From the human T2T-CHM13v2.0 reference genome, Homo sapiens: 64,000 bases of DNA. The notes under the pieces are model-generated. The model was not told the DNA's origin and ran no database searches. It saw only the letters and a list, made by a program, of their open reading frames with translations. The stretch lies in assembly GCF_009914755.1 (NCBI RefSeq), contig NC_060932.1; one strand, given 5' to 3'. The position numbers were made by a program, and so were the translations under genes. Each line of letters begins with the position of its first letter. Positions within the stretch are counted from its first letter, which is position 1. Positions 1-17,555 of the stretch are shown here, in pieces.

Positions 1-846
1 GATGAGTTAGTCTGACTCAGGGATATAGAGAGGTGTGGAAAAGGGTATTTCAGATAGAGATCAGAGAGCAAAGAGAGGTGGGTTTGCTCTAGGAATTACA
101 AGTAGAAGAGGCTGGAGTGTAGTATGCAAGGGTAGGGCATGTAACCAGGAGCTACCACTGTGGTCTCCTGTGCAAATAATTTCATAAAAGACCCTTCATG
201 AGTGATTCTAAAACAAGATCTGACTCCCTGGAAGTAAAAGGTCTATCTCCTTGCTCTCTGATGCCCTATCCTAACTGCTTAGTCACAAAGGTGTTGTCTT
301 TTGAGACAACATGCCTTCTTTTGTCATGCATTTAGTGCCCACAAGGCAGATTCCACAAGTCTCATTGCAGCCCATGGAGGCCTGGATCAACTACACATTT
401 CTGTTTCTGTCACAAGGATCTCTGTAGTGGGCTTGGCACTGTCTACCCCAGAGTGACTGTCTTCTTGCCCACACTCATGGGAAATAGACACCAAGAGTAT
501 TTGCTAAAATGGTATCTGTTGATCATAATACAATTGCCTATCTGCATAGATGCACACATGAGAGACAAGAACCAAGCAATGCACTGGTTCAGTGCCCTGT
601 GCTTTGGTAGATGAATTCAGCTGCTGCGAGATTTTTTGCCTATTTTGCACCCCTTTTGTGGTAGGGTCTGACATAATTACAGAAGTATTTACATTCTTAG
701 GTCTTTCTCCAGCCTTGATTTAATATTTAGGGTAAAATGAACTCTTGCCAATATTCTCTTTCTAAAAGGTAAATCCTAGGGTTGTGATTATTAGAATGAT
801 CCCCAATTCCACCAGTTTCAGCCCCCAATCTATGAAAAATCAGGCA

Positions 847-937
847 CACCCTTCCTTCCTTCCTTCCTTCCCTCCTTCCTTCCTTCCCTCCTTCCCTCCT
901 TCCCTCCTTCCTTCCTTCTTTTTTCTCTTTCTTTTCT

Positions 938-994
<57 letters not shown>

Positions 995-1062
995 TTTCTT
1001 TCTTTCTTTCTCCCTTCCCTTTCCTTTCCTTTCCTTTTCTTTCTCTCTTTCTTTCTTCTTTT
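847..1062. repeat. Compound (CCTT)n/(CTTT)n microsatellite derived from an Alu tail
   Basis: Polypyrimidine tetranucleotide arrays lying between the left TSD (835-846) and the 3' end of a minus-strand Alu. Confidence 0.95.
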
Positions 1063-1211
1063 TGACAGGGTCTCACTCTGTTGCCCAGGCTGGAATGTAC
1101 TATGGCGCCATCACAGCTCACTGCAGCCTTGCACTGTGGGGCTCAGGTGATCTTCCTGCCTCAGCCTCCTGAGTAGCTAGGACCACAGGCACACACCACC
1201 ATGCCCAGCTA

Positions 1212-1263
<52 letters not shown>

Positions 1264-1399
1264 CTATATGTATATATTTTGTAGAAATGAGGTTTCACCA
1301 TGTTATCTAGTTTGGACTTAAACTCCTGAAATCAAGTGATCTGCCCACCTTAGCCTCCCAAAGTGCTGAAATTATAGGTGTGAGCTACTGTGCTCAGTC
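1063..1399 (-). mobile_element. Alu (AluJ-like) with (TA)n(CA)n in the middle linker
   Basis: Antisense Alu dimer (GACAGGGTCTCACTCTG...CCCAAAGTGCTG); microsatellite at about 1216-1277; TSD AAAAATCAGGCA 835-846 / AAAAATCGGGCA 1400-1411. Confidence 0.95.
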
Positions 1400-1967
1400 A
1401 AAAATCGGGCATTTTCCACATCAAAAACATTTTCACAGTACTTTCCAAGTTAAAACAATAGGTATGAGGGTACTTGTAAAAAATACTAGCTAAAAAGTCT
1501 TAAGACAAAGGTGACTTTTTTTTATCAGCAGTTGGCGTAGCCCAGATCTAACCTAGTATAATGCAACAGAAAATTTCCTAATTAAATTATAATTTATCTA
1601 GTAGTTGGGAAATGAGTTGGACAGCAATGATTGTGTAACGGCGAAAAAGCAGAGAGAAAATAAAGAGACTGGAGAAGTTTTCCAGTTGCTCCAGAAGAGT
1701 CTCTAGCCACTGTCAGTCTAGACTGAAGGAAGAAAATGGTAGCCATCACTTCAACTGCATTTTCTGTTTGTCCTATGAAAATCTGTGTCTGATGCTTCCT
1801 GCAGAATCATTTTTTAGGCACTTTAGTCTCCGGCTCAAGATAATGACTGCAGAAATTGTTCAAATGGGATGGGATAATAGGTGAGAGATAGTTTTGTACA
1901 TTTTAAAGTGCTCTACAAATGTATGTTGTATATTTTTTTTCCCAGCATCTGTATGAGGAGACATCAG

Positions 1968-2330
1968 GAAGCAGTGTAGTGAAATGACTGAAAGTGTGGG
2001 TTTTGAGTCTCAGCTCCTCCAGCCCCACAGTTTACTGTGTTGTACTGGGAAAGTCATTTGAGCTTCACAGTGCTTGGCTTCCCTCTGCAAAATGGAAAGA
2101 AAAACAGACCTTAGCACTTGGGAACTGTAAGTAGTTGGGACTGATGTATTGAATGAGAGGGGAGGAGCAATGAGAGATGAGGTATGGTTTAATTTTCAGC
2201 TCCAATCAGCCTCTCTAAACATTGGTTTCCTCAGAGTGTTGGCAGAATTCAGTGAGACAGTATATATATGATACTTAGCACAGAGACTGGCACTTATTAA
2301 GTATAGATGCTTGCTATAATAATTATATTA
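1968..2330 (+). mobile_element. MIR, split by about 115 bp of other (possibly L2) sequence
   Basis: Degenerate MIR core (GGGAAAGTCATTTGAGCTTC...CTCTGCAAAATGG) and 3' part (CTTAGCACAGAGACTGGCACTTATTAAG). Confidence 0.6.
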
Positions 2331-2750
2331 GTTACTCAGACTCACTGGAGGACCAAACCCCTTCCCATATTTGTTACCTTTGGGTCAGGGACACATAAGA
2401 TTTAAAAAATAAATTTGATAAAGTTATTTTCACATACACACACAAAATCTCTGTTAAATGCAAATAGTAAAATGTAGTCAGTCTGGGTCACAAAGCCAGA
2501 AAAGGGCTTTCCTCTGCTTCATTCAGCAGAGTGAGAAGCTCCAGTTCACCTCAGTTTGCTTGGGGGCCAGCCTCATCTTCAGTTAGTGGTGATGGTGCCT
2601 TCACCTGGTACATTTTCATGATCTCAGCAACTTGAGCAGGTGGTGGTGGCAGCATGCTGACAGGTAGGCATAATGACATCAGACAGCCTCAGTGTCTTTT
2701 GAAGCCAGTCATGGCCTAAGCAACTTTAAGTAGTAGTGCCTTTAGCTGGG

Positions 2751-3106
2751 TGCATGGTCTGAATGTTTGTTTCCCTCCAAAATTCATATACTGAAACCTA
2801 ACTTTCTAGGTGTTGGTATTAAGTGGTGGGGCCTTTGGGAAGTGATTAGGTCATGAGAGCTTCACCCTCATGAATTGAATTATTGTCATTAAAAAAAGCT
2901 TGGGAGAGTCTTTTTTTTTTCTCTTCCACCATGTTAGGACACATAAAAGGTGCTATCTATGAGAGTGGGCCCTCACTAGACACCAAATCTGCTGGTGCCT
3001 TGATCTTGGACTTCCCAACCTGCAGATCTGTGAGCAATACATTCTATTGTTTATAAGTGACCCCATCTAAGGTATTTTGTTATAGCAACCCAAATGGAGT
3101 CAGACA
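2751..3106 (+). mobile_element. MaLR solo LTR (MLT1A/MLT1A0-like)
   Basis: TG...CA ends; TGGTCTGAATGTTTG...CCAAAATTCATAT start; GCCTTGATCTTGGACTTCCCA; TATTTTGTTATAGCA end. Confidence 0.85.
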
Positions 3107-3539
3107 TTTGGAGAACAGTATGAGAAGAACTTTGGAATGGACACCAGTCCTTCATGCCTGGCATTGAAAGTGGTGGCAGTGGGGAGCCAAGGTACCATCA
3201 TGAGCCTTCAGTGTTGGGTGTGGACTTACAAGCCCTTATTGAGATTTATTTGCTTTCCCCATAGTCTATTATTTTATTCTAAGACCAACTGAAATGGGAT
3301 CAAGAGTAAGCAGATACTTACAGCTTCTGGAGAAATATTTACCTTCTCCTACCTCCTTTTCTCAATACTCCTTGACAGAGATTTAGGGAGGTAGAATGGG
3401 GAAGAGTTCCTCATCAGTTCCCCAGCTACGCAGGTTGTAACTTTGGTGAAAGCCCTTTGGTGATATCTGTGATGTCACTGTAGCCCAAGTAACTCTCTGG
3501 GTGCACAGGCAGAGAAGTGGACAGACAGGAGGAGCACTT

Positions 3540-3760
3540 GTTTATTCACTTGACTAATATTTATTCAGCACCTACTATGTGCTGGGTCTGGTTCTGGGTG
3601 CCAGATATGTGGTCATATGTGCAAATACAAAGATCCCTGTACCCTAAAACTTACATTTTACAGGAGGAGATGAACTATGAACAAAGAAAAAACTAAGTAA
3701 GATAGTTGGTACAGCTGACGGTATTAAGTGCTGTTGAGAAAAGTAAAGCAAGGAAGGTGG
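3540..3760 (-). mobile_element. L2 3' end fragment
   Basis: Antisense L2 terminus (ATATTTATTCAGCACCTACTATGTGCTGGG). Confidence 0.7.
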
Positions 3761-5339
3761 TGGGGAATGGGGAGTGGTACTTACTCCTCATAGAACTCCA
3801 AGACAGAAATGTGTGGCGTACTTGTTCTATGTCCACTTTTTTTGGGCATAGTTTTGATGAGAGAAGCAAAGGACTGCAGCTGGTGCTGCTGGTCCTGGTA
3901 GCTGGATCTTCTACTCAGTGTGGCAATTCTGTATTCCACATCTGAGATGGAGACCAAGCCTCCTTCCTGGATTCTGTCCTTGTAGTATGTGTAATATGTT
4001 TCTTATTCAGTGTTAGAGACAATATTCCTCTAGTTCCTGTCCTAACATCTTTATCTGATGTCTCCCAGCCTATGCCACCTTCTTAAGTGATTTTGGAGAC
4101 AAGCACACATGTATAATGTGAGTAATAGAAAGCTTTTTCCTCTATAATTGTATCACATAATAACTAACTGACAAAGCTTAATTTCTATTATTTGAGACAA
4201 TAGGAACTGAGTCATTGCAAATAATGAAATCAACCTCAAATCTGTTTAGCACAATATTTCAATGTCTGTTCTTACCCGGCTGTTAATGAGAACTGCCAGT
4301 AGATACTTTTACTGATATGAATTTTCCTTCCTTTACTTTTCTTTCCTGATCTGTCCATTAGGTACTCATAAGCAATAAAGTAGCCAAGTTTGGGCTTTTA
4401 AATAAAAGAGGAGGTCAAGAAAGGCAGGAATGTTCCACTAAGGAACTCTCAATTTTAAATCATAAAGAGTTAACTGCTCTTTCTAGCTTATGACTGACTC
4501 TTTCAGTCATGTGGCTCATTGTATATTGCACTTTTCTTTAGCTGTCTGAATGTTATGAAGCTGATGTAATCTTTGGTACTAATTGCCAGTACTTCAAGAA
4601 AAGGTTGTTGATGTAAGAGAATGTCATCTTTTCATTTTTCCTGACTGTACTTCATGCCCTATAATATATACACACATAACCCAGAATAAAAACACACACT
4701 GGAAACATTATGAAAAGTTTCCCACTAGAGGAAAGTTGCTACGTGTAGGATAAAAAAATACCTACACTCAAAATGGAAATGATTTATGACCACGCCACAC
4801 TGGATTTTGGGTGGGCCACAAAGGATTTGGTAACCCAAATAATGTCTAGAAAGTGTACACATTTGGGAAGTATTATTGAGGTTTTTATCATGCCCTTTTA
4901 TTAGTGGGTTGAATAAATACTTCCTCCACTGAAGAAAACAAAAATTAGAGTTTGTTTAGACAGAATGAGTTCTTCACAAACTGCCTTTGGAAATAAGAAA
5001 ACATTCATTGTGTTGTCAAAATTCTGTACTTTAATTGCTCAGTTTTAAAACCCATTTCATTTTCTGTGCCAGTTATTTTTTATTTATTCAAAAATAACAT
5101 TCTTTATATCATTATATTTTACAAGTTAAGGATTTAGTAGTAAAAACTTACAGTCTTGGAGATTTTAAAGAAAAGAAAATCTATCTAGTATCTTTTTAGT
5201 TTTTGTTAATGTGAAATAACAAGGGGTTAAATATCTTTATAGTCTTTGTTTTTTATAGTATGGAAAATTAAAAGTAATCAATTGTGGTCTGGCAATCCAA
5301 TTCAAATCCACCCATATATCTTTCTTTAAAAATGTTCTT

Positions 5340-6804
<1,465 letters not shown>

Positions 6805-6831
6805 AGAAAAATTTCTTAATAAAATAATGCT

Positions 6832-7017
6832 GACACTGGGGCTTTTCTGAGGGTGGAGGGTGGGAGGAGGGAGAGGATCAGGAAAAACAATTAATGGGTA
6901 CTGGGCTTAATACCTGGGTAAAGAAATAATCTGTACAACAAACCCCCAAGACACAAATTTACCTATGCAACAAACCTGTACTTGTACCCCTGAACTTCAA
7001 ATAAAAGTTAAAAAAAA
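6832..7017 (+). mobile_element. Old L1PA (about L1PA11-13) 3'UTR end
   Basis: GAGAGGATCAGGAAAAACAATTAATGGGTACTGGGCTTAATACCTGGG...AATAAAAGTTAAAAAAA. Confidence 0.85.
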
Positions 7018-7150
7018 GTGTAAATTTTTAATGTTTAAAAATTACCTTAATTATATTTTTCCTGTTAATAAAAACCTGACCATCTGTACATGGACCTTAA
7101 AAATTTTTACTCATATTTAATATCTGTCAGTATAACTATGCTCTTTGTAG

Positions 7151-7219
7151 GGTTCAATGGATATGAGTTGGATTTGCTAAAGGACTTATACAACCTCACA
7201 GAACAACTGAATGACAAAG
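7151..7219 (+). other. Candidate 69-nt internal exon
   Basis: ctctttgtag|GG...AAG|gtaaat; length divisible by 3; one open frame (FNGYELDLLKDLYNLTEQLNDK); no recognised homologue. Confidence 0.25.
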
Positions 7220-7959
7220 GTAAATAAGTACCATTTAAGTCCAAATCCAAAGAGCACTGGAATGAGTAGGGGTATAGTTTGAAGATCTAGGTTCTAGTAA
7301 ACACAGTTCTACTCTTAATCAACTATGTGATCATGGAATTATTTTGAGAATCAAATGAAATGAAGTCTATTAAAATGCCAATAAATTGTAAACATTATTT
7401 AAGAACAACTTATCCATCATCTTCCCTGTGTTCTAATTCTGGCTCTGATACTAAATTGCTTCAGGAATTTCACAAGCCACTTTACTTTTGTGAACCGTAG
7501 ACTCATTTGGAAGATGAATTTGATAACTTTCAAGGTCTTTCTAGGTAAGAACATTCAAATCACATAATTATCAGGAGCAAGTCAGAAAACAGAATCTTCT
7601 CTCTTTCAAAAAATTCAATAGGAATCAATTAATTGGAGAAATGAAATATTCAATTGGCTTTAAGAATTATCTCCCTCTTAACTATAATATTCTACCAGTT
7701 ACACCCTTACGTGGTTTATACAGGTTAATTAATTAATATAATAGCTCTTTACAGAACATTAAAACACAGTTTTTGTTATGTTTTCTAGAGTCATAGTATC
7801 TAAATTTTTATCCTGTATCCTGAAGTGTTAAGAAATTTAAGCATACATTCCCAATAATAAATATTGATACATACTATATGTGTAATTATAACCATTTATT
7901 TACATGTGTATGTAATTATGTGTATTTCAAAATATGATTTATAAATTAGAAAAGAATAG

Positions 7960-8090
7960 GAGCAGACATAATGGGCTCACACCTGTAATCCTAGCACTTT
8001 GGGAGGCCGAGGTGGCAGGATCACTTGAGCTCAAGAGTTCAAGACTTGCCAGGGCAACAGAGTGAGATCTTGTCTCTGCTTTAAAAAAAG
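7960..8090 (+). mobile_element. FLAM / Alu left monomer
   Basis: GGCTCACACCTGTAATCCTAGCACTTTGGGAGGCCGAGG...GAGATCTTGTCTCT followed by a short A tail. Confidence 0.9.
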
Positions 8091-10167
8091 TTTTTTTTCC
8101 AAATAGACAAGAATACAATGATGATGAAAGGATAGATAATATCTAGGGTACAATATAAACTTAGGACACAGTTCCTCATTAGTAATATGAGTTTATGACA
8201 TATATTAAATAGTTCTATCAATAATTGTGAATACCCAGCTTTTTCCTTGTCATAACTGGTCTGACAGCCATTATCTATACCTTGCTGTGAAGCAGACAGT
8301 GAAATAATGCCAGGGGTAAAAGACGTATTAACTCTGTCAGTTTCTTGTTTTTGCTTATTCTTGGCAAAATATCAAGTGTGCCAATATCTTGTGGTTTTTT
8401 TTTTTTTTTTGTACTTTTAGGGAAAAGCCACTTGTTCACATATGTGAAGATTTGTTTAGTTAATACTAAATAATATGATCTGTAAACCACCCTTTCTGTG
8501 CATGCCAAGGCTGTCCTGTGTTGTAGCATGTTTTAGAGACAACTGCAGGCTCTCCCACACTTCCTGAAGAAATCTTGTATAGCAGATGGAATGCTTGGCC
8601 TTCTGAGTCAAAGGACTAAAGATGGGTATCAAGGGACAGCTCTGGCAATAATTACATGTGGGATACATTAAAACTTAATAGACTATTGTTTATGGATTGA
8701 AAACAAACATAAACAAAAGCCCTATTGTATTTTATCCAGACCCAAATGGTTGACACTGTGTGCTCTTTTCAAAATATTCTATAATAACTTACCCCAATAC
8801 GTGTTTAGAAAAAATACTCATATTATTGTGATAAAATATACACATTTATTACAAGGATATGAAAATACAACATTTGAATTAAAGGGGTTGAGATAAAATA
8901 CACATAGAAAACTGCTTAACAATTTTTGTCTCTATCATTGCAGGTGGTTTTGTGTACTCTATTCTGGAAAGCACTTTTTTAGGGACTGAAAATCTGTTGC
9001 TAGAAATTTATGCTTTGTTACTAAGCAAAGGATGAGAAATATGAATGATTCAGTAAAAAGGACTGACCACAATAGCTGACCATGTTTAGGGTGTTCTTCT
9101 TTTCCCACCTTTCCAGAAACAACCAGTAGGAGATGTGAACTGGACTCACCACTCTTTTGGTTCTGCCCTTATCTTCTGAATTCTCAAGCCCCGCAATGGA
9201 CTGTTATCATTATTCAGAACCTTAAATTTGATTGACAAATGCTCTAAGAGAAACTATTTTATCTTCAAATCTGTCACTTGAGATGGAAAGCAGGCCCCTG
9301 AATCCATGAGCTATGGAATAGGGTCATTCTGTCAGGGTTGGATGGTGACATGCTGAGATATGATGCTCTGTCTCTTGAAGCATAAATTGTGGTCATAACT
9401 TAATAGGTGGTACTTTTGTGCTGCTTCTGAACTTAAATAATACTTCTGGTATAAATAGCATCTGTAGATTCATGTGTCCATTTAATATCGAGCTTATTTT
9501 ATGTTTAGGCTGCTAAATGATACACCTATTTCTTTTCTTTCATAAATTTAATTTGTTACAGTAATACCTATATTTGCTAGAAGTGATTATACTAATGTGA
9601 AAACTGAAAATTATTCTTTATTCTGTTGCATAAATAAACTATTGAATACTTATGGCTTTGGATAAGCATGGTCAAATGATAATTGCATTCACATTTTTTG
9701 GTACCAATTTTCTATTACTCTAATTGGTTCAAACACTTTTGTATGTGTAATAATCTCTCATTAAATCAGGCATTCCTTAAATAGTATTAATTAGCATGTG
9801 TAAAATCTACCTTGAAAACTTGTTTAATTTTACAAATTATACTACTCCGTGACAGTATCCCTGGAGCTTCATCAATCTCTGACTTCTAAATAATTTTGAA
9901 GTAAAAAGATTTTTAATAAAAAATACTCTAAAATCCTCTTCGTAATCATATTTAGCAGGAAAACATTGTGTCACAGACTCTCAAGTATCTCTTGGATGGT
10001 TTCACAGAAATAGTTTTATCTATCCCATCTGTATTGTGCCTATTAAATGCCAAGTACTATGTGAGGCTTGGTTAGTAGGACAAGGTCCCATTTTTAAGGA
10101 GGAGATACTTCAGCAAGAGATACTGAGGTCCAAGTAAATTTAATTTTGCCAACATAAAAAAGATTCA

Positions 10168-10563
<396 letters not shown>

Positions 10564-10999
10564 TTAGCTTGATGTTAAGGTCAATAGGGCATGCCTGATA
10601 GAGAACATTTCATGAGCATTACCATGAAGAGCAACAGCCTGTTTGAGAAATTCATTAGTTTAGTGTGGCTAATATATGGGATTCAATGGGGGTACAGAAA
10701 GAATGATAGAAGGGAAGGCTGGGCAGACAGTTTGGGGTGGTAGTCTGCATCTGATGGCAGAGTAAGTTTGGATGATTTTAAATCATCTACCACAAAGGTA
10801 GGAAAGAGTTTGTATTGATGGGGAGTAACTGTTAAGAACACTCATTATTAAGGCCGTTTTTGGACTCAGTAGAAAAACTTGCATCTATGATCGATTAGGA
10901 GAAAGATGAGGAAATTGTGGGTGTGATTTTGTAGATACTAATTTAAGGTTTCCAAGCAAAGAATACACATGACCAAGTTTATAATTTGGAGGACAAAAC

Positions 11000-11370
11000 A
11001 AACAAAACATCAGACTCATGTCAGTGAAAAAGATGAATTAGAGGGGAAGGAAATTAAAGGCTAGTTTGAAGGTTATTGTAACAACTCAGATATGCTATAA
11101 TATGGCATGAATTAGAGTAGTAACAATTCAGATATGCTATAATATATATATTATTTAATATACATAATATACATAATAAATTATTGTAACAATTCAGATA
11201 TGCTATAATATGGCATGAATTAGAGTAGTGAAAGAGCAAATGGAAAGGAAGAAGCACTGCAGAAACATCGTGGGGATCCAATGAACATTTGATGGCTGGT
11301 TGGATTTGGAGGGTGAAAGAGAAAGAAAAGTCCAAGACTCTAAACCATTTTCTAGTTTGGGGATTTGAGT
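11000..11370 (-). mobile_element. L2 fragment containing a local triplication
   Basis: Purine-rich antisense L2-like text (TTGGATTTGGAGGGTGAAAGAGAAAG...AAGACTCTAAACCATTTTCTAG). Confidence 0.5.
11073..11229. repeat. Interrupted direct repeat (49 nt twice plus a 26-nt partial copy)
   Basis: TTATTGTAACAAYTCAGATATGCTATAATATGGCATGAATTAGAGTAGT at 11073-11121 and 11181-11229; partial copy 11120-11145. Confidence 0.95.
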
Positions 11371-11377
11371 GATTGGT

Positions 11378-11872
11378 TGAGTCAGTCATTTACTGCTGTG
11401 TAACAAACAACTCCAAAATCCAGAGACTGAAATAACAATCATATAATAACCTTGTGAATCTGTGGGTCAAGTGGAGCTCTCCTGATGTAGTTTGGGCTTC
11501 TCCATGTGACTCTGCTTCAGGCTGGGGCAGCTAAGGGAGCTTATCCCATCACTGAAGATCTCTGGGGTGGCTGGGGCAATTCCCCTCTCTGTCTCTCATC
11601 CTCCTCATACCAGTGTGTAAGGCTAGGCATATGCTTCTCATGGCAATGGCAGAGCTACATGATTGCAAAAGGGACAACAAGAGGCTTTTTAAGTTGTAAG
11701 TTCAGAAATGGTATTTTGCCATTTCTTGCCACAGGCTGTTGATTAAGGGGGGTCACATGGCCACGCCCAAAGTCAAGGGATAAGAAAGTTCACTCTATCC
11801 GCAATGAGGTCATGGCTAGAATGTGAATGCGAGAATGGTCAAAAATTGAAGGCAACAATGTAATCTTTCACA
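11378..11872 (-). mobile_element. Old MaLR LTR (MLT1G/H-like)
   Basis: TACTGCTGTGTAACAAACAACTCCAAAA start and GTCACATGGCCACGCCCAAAGTCAAGGG, typical of antisense MLT1. Confidence 0.7.
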
Positions 11873-12329
11873 TTGTGGTATCAAAATATTTTTAAATTTA
11901 AAAATAGTTTGGGAAATAAATCTTTAAGAAGTATAAAATGCTTTATTTTTTTACGCTATATCTATGGGTACTGATAAATGAGTTTGCAGCCTGGAGGATC
12001 AGCCAAAGGATAATTAAACTTAAATAGCCTGTTTTAAATGAAGAACTATAGCTCTCTAGGTTGTTTGCACTGGACTGCTTCCAGGAAGCCCCTCTGCAAA
12101 TTATTCTCAGCCACTAAAATCAGGAGAGGAGGCATGGGAATTTAGTCTGGAGTGAAAAAGCCATCAAGAGGTAATTATCAAGTTCTCCAATTAAAAATTG
12201 TATGCATTTGGTGACAATAAAAGTAAAGCTATGGATAACTTGGTCAGAGTTGCAAATTTGTTCTATTTTAAGGCAAAATCCAAATATCTTTATTTTTTAA
12301 AAACATATTCAGAACATCTAGGTTTTCTA

Positions 12330-12617
<288 letters not shown>

Positions 12618-12730
12618 TCTCTCTGTCTTTCTCCTTTTTTCTCTCTCTCTCTCTCTATATATAATATATTACATATATAATATACATATTACATATATAA
12701 TATATATAATGTTTTTCTTTTCCTAATTCT

Positions 12731-12829
12731 TTGTCATTGTCCCTGTTTTTTATTTACTCAAATTATCATTATATATATGTAATGATATATAGTGATAATT
12801 TGAGTAAATAAAAACAGGGACAATGACAA
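12731..12829. repeat. Near-perfect inverted repeat (46/45-nt arms, 8-nt loop)
   Basis: 12731-12776 is the reverse complement of 12785-12829 apart from one extra T and one T:G mismatch. Confidence 0.95.
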
Positions 12830-13159
12830 TAAAGTACATATAGTTTATGTTGTATCTCATCGTATTATAAATATACATCTTGACACCTTCTCTAAGAAGA
12901 ACCAGAGAAAGTACGGAACTTTAAGAACTTTTGTCACTTTGTTGCTGAACCATTTACTTTCTACAAGGGTTGTTTTTGTGGTTGGTTAATATGCTCCTGA
13001 AAGAGTGAGAGATATAAAAAGTACTGTAAGACAGCAGGTTTTTAAAAAGAAATGAGGGCACATAAACATGTACTGCATGTGAAAACACCAATAAATTCTT
13101 TAACATTTCATTATCTATGTATCTATTATCTATTTATCATAATGATAAAGTAGAATACT

Positions 13160-16390
<3,231 letters not shown>

Positions 16391-16759
16391 GAAAGTGCCA
16401 TTAAAATGTCCTTCTTCTTGCTACCAGGTCAAATAAAATAATCATCATATTTTACTTTTCCACCCAATATAATCAGTAGACAACAAGGTGACAAAAAACT
16501 TTACACTCAAACTTACTTAAATGGTATAAAATAGTGAAATGGTTCAAATGGCTGTGAAGCTCCAAGTAATACTGCCTGGCTTTTGTAGAAACATCTTAAT
16601 TGTCTTATATGCACCCTGTTTAACATTAGAAGTCAGTGTAAAAATGATTTACAAGTTCTCAGAGTGTCATTAGGTCTCTGTCATGAAGACAAAGGTGACA
16701 AGAGGTATTCACCCAGAGAGATGAATAACAATAGAGCTGCTAGTTAATTTTTGATTCAG

Positions 16760-16985
16760 GGAAGCAGCATTACAGTATGGTTAGGAGCAAAGGCCTTGGA
16801 GTTAGTCAGACTATTCACTATGAGTCATTCACTCTTTGGTATTCACTATGTGAGTGTTGCTATCAGTTTCCTCATCTGAAAATTAGAGCTACAATGTTTA
16901 TCGAATAGGTTTCTTGTGATGATTATAGAACTTATGCCTGGTTCACATGAAGCTACTTAATTGTCGTAATAATTATTATTGCTAC
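16760..16985 (+). mobile_element. MIR
   Basis: TCAGTTTCCTCATCTGAAAATT core with MIR-like flanks. Confidence 0.7.
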
Positions 16986-17218
16986 TATTGATTGGTCTGA
17001 GAAGTTGAAGCAGAGTCCCAAGCTTAAAAGACAAAAGCAGAAGAAAATCTAAAATTCTTTATGGAGGACATGACTTTTGGGTCATTGATAACAAGACACT
17101 CTGTATTTTGTGCCCTGCTGGAGAAACCCCAAATGTCTTCTCTTCCAGGGAGCTTATACTTCCCAGGTGGGACACCTTGGAACCTGAGCAGATGACTGTC
17201 TGAGGAAGACTTAATTCT

Positions 17219-17361
17219 TTTATTTTTTATTTATCTATTTTTTTAGAGATGAGGTCTTGCTATGTTGCCCAGGCTGGTCTCGAACTCCTGAGTTCAAGTG
17301 ATCTTCCCACCTCGGCCTCCCAAAATGCTAAGATTACAGGTGTGAGCCACTGCACCCAACC
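17219..17361 (-). mobile_element. FLAM_C-like monomer with a perfect 17-bp TSD
   Basis: Single antisense Alu monomer; TSD GAGGAAGACTTAATTCT at 17202-17218 and 17362-17378. Confidence 0.95.
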
Positions 17362-17555
17362 GAGGAAGACTTAATTCTGATGAAAATAGACAACTTGCAG
17401 TGCATTGGTTCTCAAATATTGGCTGAGAAAGACCTATCCTATTGCCAAAACTTTTACCATGTATTCGTTGACTTAAATGACACTGGTAAGAAAGTCTGGC
17501 AACCTTGTATTTGTGTCGCTCCATTTACCTTAGAAATACCGAGACATAAAAAGAA

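Noticed and set aside
784-1121. 93-aa ORFs on both strands (F/S/L-rich and K/E/R-rich)
   Set aside because: Translations of the CCTT/CTTT microsatellite and Alu end, not genes.
11073-11229. Repeat-spacer-repeat pattern resembling a CRISPR array
   Set aside because: Only about 2.5 irregular units, a low-complexity spacer, primate context and no cas genes.
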